NCBI RefSeq assembly: GCF_001194135.2
Contig: NC_068989.1
Span: forward strand, 66,399,363-66,462,102
Source: Octopus bimaculoides
Lineage: Eukaryota
Reading direction: 5' to 3'
DNA length: 62,740 nt
Translations under genes and position numbers: made by a program
Shown here: piece by piece, positions 60,945-62,740 of the stretch
How the letters are laid out: each line of letters starts with the position of its first letter
How positions within the stretch are numbered: position 1 is the stretch's first letter
The notes under the pieces: model-generated
What the model was told of the DNA's origin: nothing
What the model saw: the letters and a program-made list of their open reading frames with translations, nothing else
Database searches by the model: none

Positions 60945-61280
60945 TTATCAACTCCGAATGGATGAAAGGCAAAGTCGACCTCGGCGGAATTTGAACTTAG
61001 AATGTAAAGACAGACGAAATACCGCTGGGCACTATCGCCCAGCGTGCTAACGTTTCTTACTTCTTTATTGCCCACAAGGGGCTAAACATAGAGGGGACAA
61101 ACAAAGACAAAAAAAGGGATTACGTCGACCCCAGTGCGTAACTGGTACTTAATTTATCGACCCCAAAAGGATGACAGGTAAAGTCTACCTCGGCGGAATT
61201 TGAACTCAGAACGTAGCGACAGACGAAACACCGCTAGGCGTTTCGCTCGGCGTGCTAACGTTTCTGCCATCTCACCGCCT
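60945..61280 (-). mobile_element. Family C SINE copies (CpG-intact)
   Basis: GGCAAAGTCGACCTCGGCGGAATTTGAAC repeated at ~60968 and ~61180. Confidence 0.8.
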
Positions 61281-61769
61281 TACTAAAGTTGTAATGTTAA
61301 ATTTTTAATGTGTAGGCAATTAGTCTTTTCACGAAAATTGAAAATAAATAACTTCTTGGGTATTTTAATTTAAACTTTTATGTAAAAAATAAAATATATA
61401 AAAAAGGTTTTTATTACTATTTTAGTTTATAAATTCAAAAGGAATATTTTAAGATATATTTCGTCTTGTATACTTTTGAAGGCCTAATTACTGCTTGTCC
61501 TGTACATTTCTGTGTTCAGTACTTACAAAATGTTCGAGTGCTCTGTGCCCACATGCCCGCATTTTTCATCTTAGCCCTCTTTTGTTTTCCAGGCAACAGT
61601 TCAATTATTATAATTAATTATATTCACCTTTATATTTTACATTCTAGTTATAAGACAGAAATACTTTAATTTGATAAAAGGAAATTTTCAAATCAAATAT
61701 ATTAACTTAATTTTTTTTTAAATCTGCAATAAAAAGCCATAAAAATATAAAAGCAAAATAGTGCACACA

Positions 61770-62350
61770 CTATTTGATGAAGAATTTCAGCCATTTATTT
61801 TCATCCAAGTTTTTCCTAACACCTTCAGCTTCATTTTTCTCAGCTTTTGTTTGATAGCAAGTCACATACCAGGTAAATATCATTCTATTTTCTCCAATAT
61901 ACTGAGAGTCAACATTTGCTTACCATATTAAAAGCAGTAAATGATAAATTTTTCAGTTGATTTTCTTTGAAGTTGATGGTTTCTTAACACCTTTTCCATT
62001 TCTTTTTAGTCTGCCATTTTCAGCAACAGTGAAGAAATTGAATCTTCTTTCAGCCCTAGGAAAGCTAAATCCACATGTTTTACCACATTTTTTCCTCTTT
62101 AATAAATTCTCCAGCAAATTTTGCTGCATGAAAGTACTTGAAAACTACTGACCAAATTGTAAAGAGCCAGACTAGACACTGAAAATGACATTCTGCAAGT
62201 AATATATTGTTCTGTAAATCAAATTTCTTTTTCTGCAGAATCTTTGTCATAAATAGCTGCTTGATCCACCCAAGTTGTCATATGAACATAAGGATCCCAT
62301 CTTTGTTGATACTCTATTCTCCAAAAACAATGTGTGATGTTGTTAAATAT
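61770..62350 (-). mobile_element. Helitron/Helentron Rep (HUH) domain pseudogene fragment
   Basis: FWRIEYQQRWDPYVHMTTWV (cf. FWRIEFQQRGSPHxHxLxW), YITC, KTCGFSFPR, ANVDSQYIGE..YVTCYQTKAE (cf. ANMDIQF..YxxKYxTKxE); stops and frameshifts present. Confidence 0.85.
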
Positions 62351-62400
62351 TGGGATTTTTTTTTCTGCCAAAAATACTTTATTCGTTATAGGTTGTAATG

Positions 62401-62616
62401 GAGGCGGCTAACTGGCAGAAACGTTAGCACGCCGGGCGAAATGTTTAGCAGTACTTCGTCTGTCTTTATGTTCTGAGTTCAAATTCCGCCGTGGTCGACT
62501 TTGCCTTTCATCCTTTCAAAGTTGATAAATTAAGTACCATTTGTGTGCTGGGGTCGATCTAATCGACTGGCCCTGTCCCCCAAAATTTCGGGCCTTGTGC
62601 CTAGAGTAGAAAAGAT
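62401..62616 (+). mobile_element. Full-length family C SINE
   Basis: GGAGGCGGCTAACTGGCAGAAACGTTAGCACGCCGGGCG...CTGAGTTCAAATTCCGCC...CTGGGGTCGATCTAATCGAC. Confidence 0.8.
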
Positions 62617-62697
62617 TATAGCTTGTAATGGGTGAAATAAATGTTCGCTAACAATAGTAACATCATTTACATACAAAGAACTCCATTTGGCAGTTTG

Positions 62698-62740
<43 letters not shown>

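Noticed and set aside
30408-61075. Long ORFs in the track spanning N runs (e.g. 35879-36961, 36885-38318, 49982-51082)
   Set aside because: They are open only because N codons translate as X; they are not genes.
5389-62500. tRNA genes at A/B-box-containing heads
   Set aside because: There is no complete cloverleaf or acceptor stem, and all continue into SINE bodies.

Overview
AT-rich, microsatellite- and SINE-dense animal DNA with several N gaps. The repeat families resemble those of Octopus (inference). Bases ~1.2-33.2 kb on the + strand hold the last 20 coding exons of an AP-4 adaptor complex epsilon subunit gene (AP4E1). The exons were spliced by hand into one open frame of about 1083 aa ending at TGA 33150-33152; the 5' exons lie upstream of the window. 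The gene has one U12-type AT-AC intron (11920-12854) and one GC-AG intron (4748-5556). The remainder is intronic or intergenic repeat: tRNA-derived SINEs, RTE/CR1/R4-type LINE remnants, two Penelope-like remnants, Tc1/mariner, hAT, piggyBac-like and Merlin-like MITEs, and Helitron/Helentron pieces. The most unusual item is a tRNA-headed SINE with a 14-bp target-site duplication that carries a minimal type I hammerhead ribozyme motif (5229-5452); two further degenerate hammerhead-like motifs occur elsewhere. A TIR element built around head-to-head telomere-like repeats also stands out. No second host gene and no CRISPR array could be supported. All family assignments come from motif recognition by eye, not database searches.
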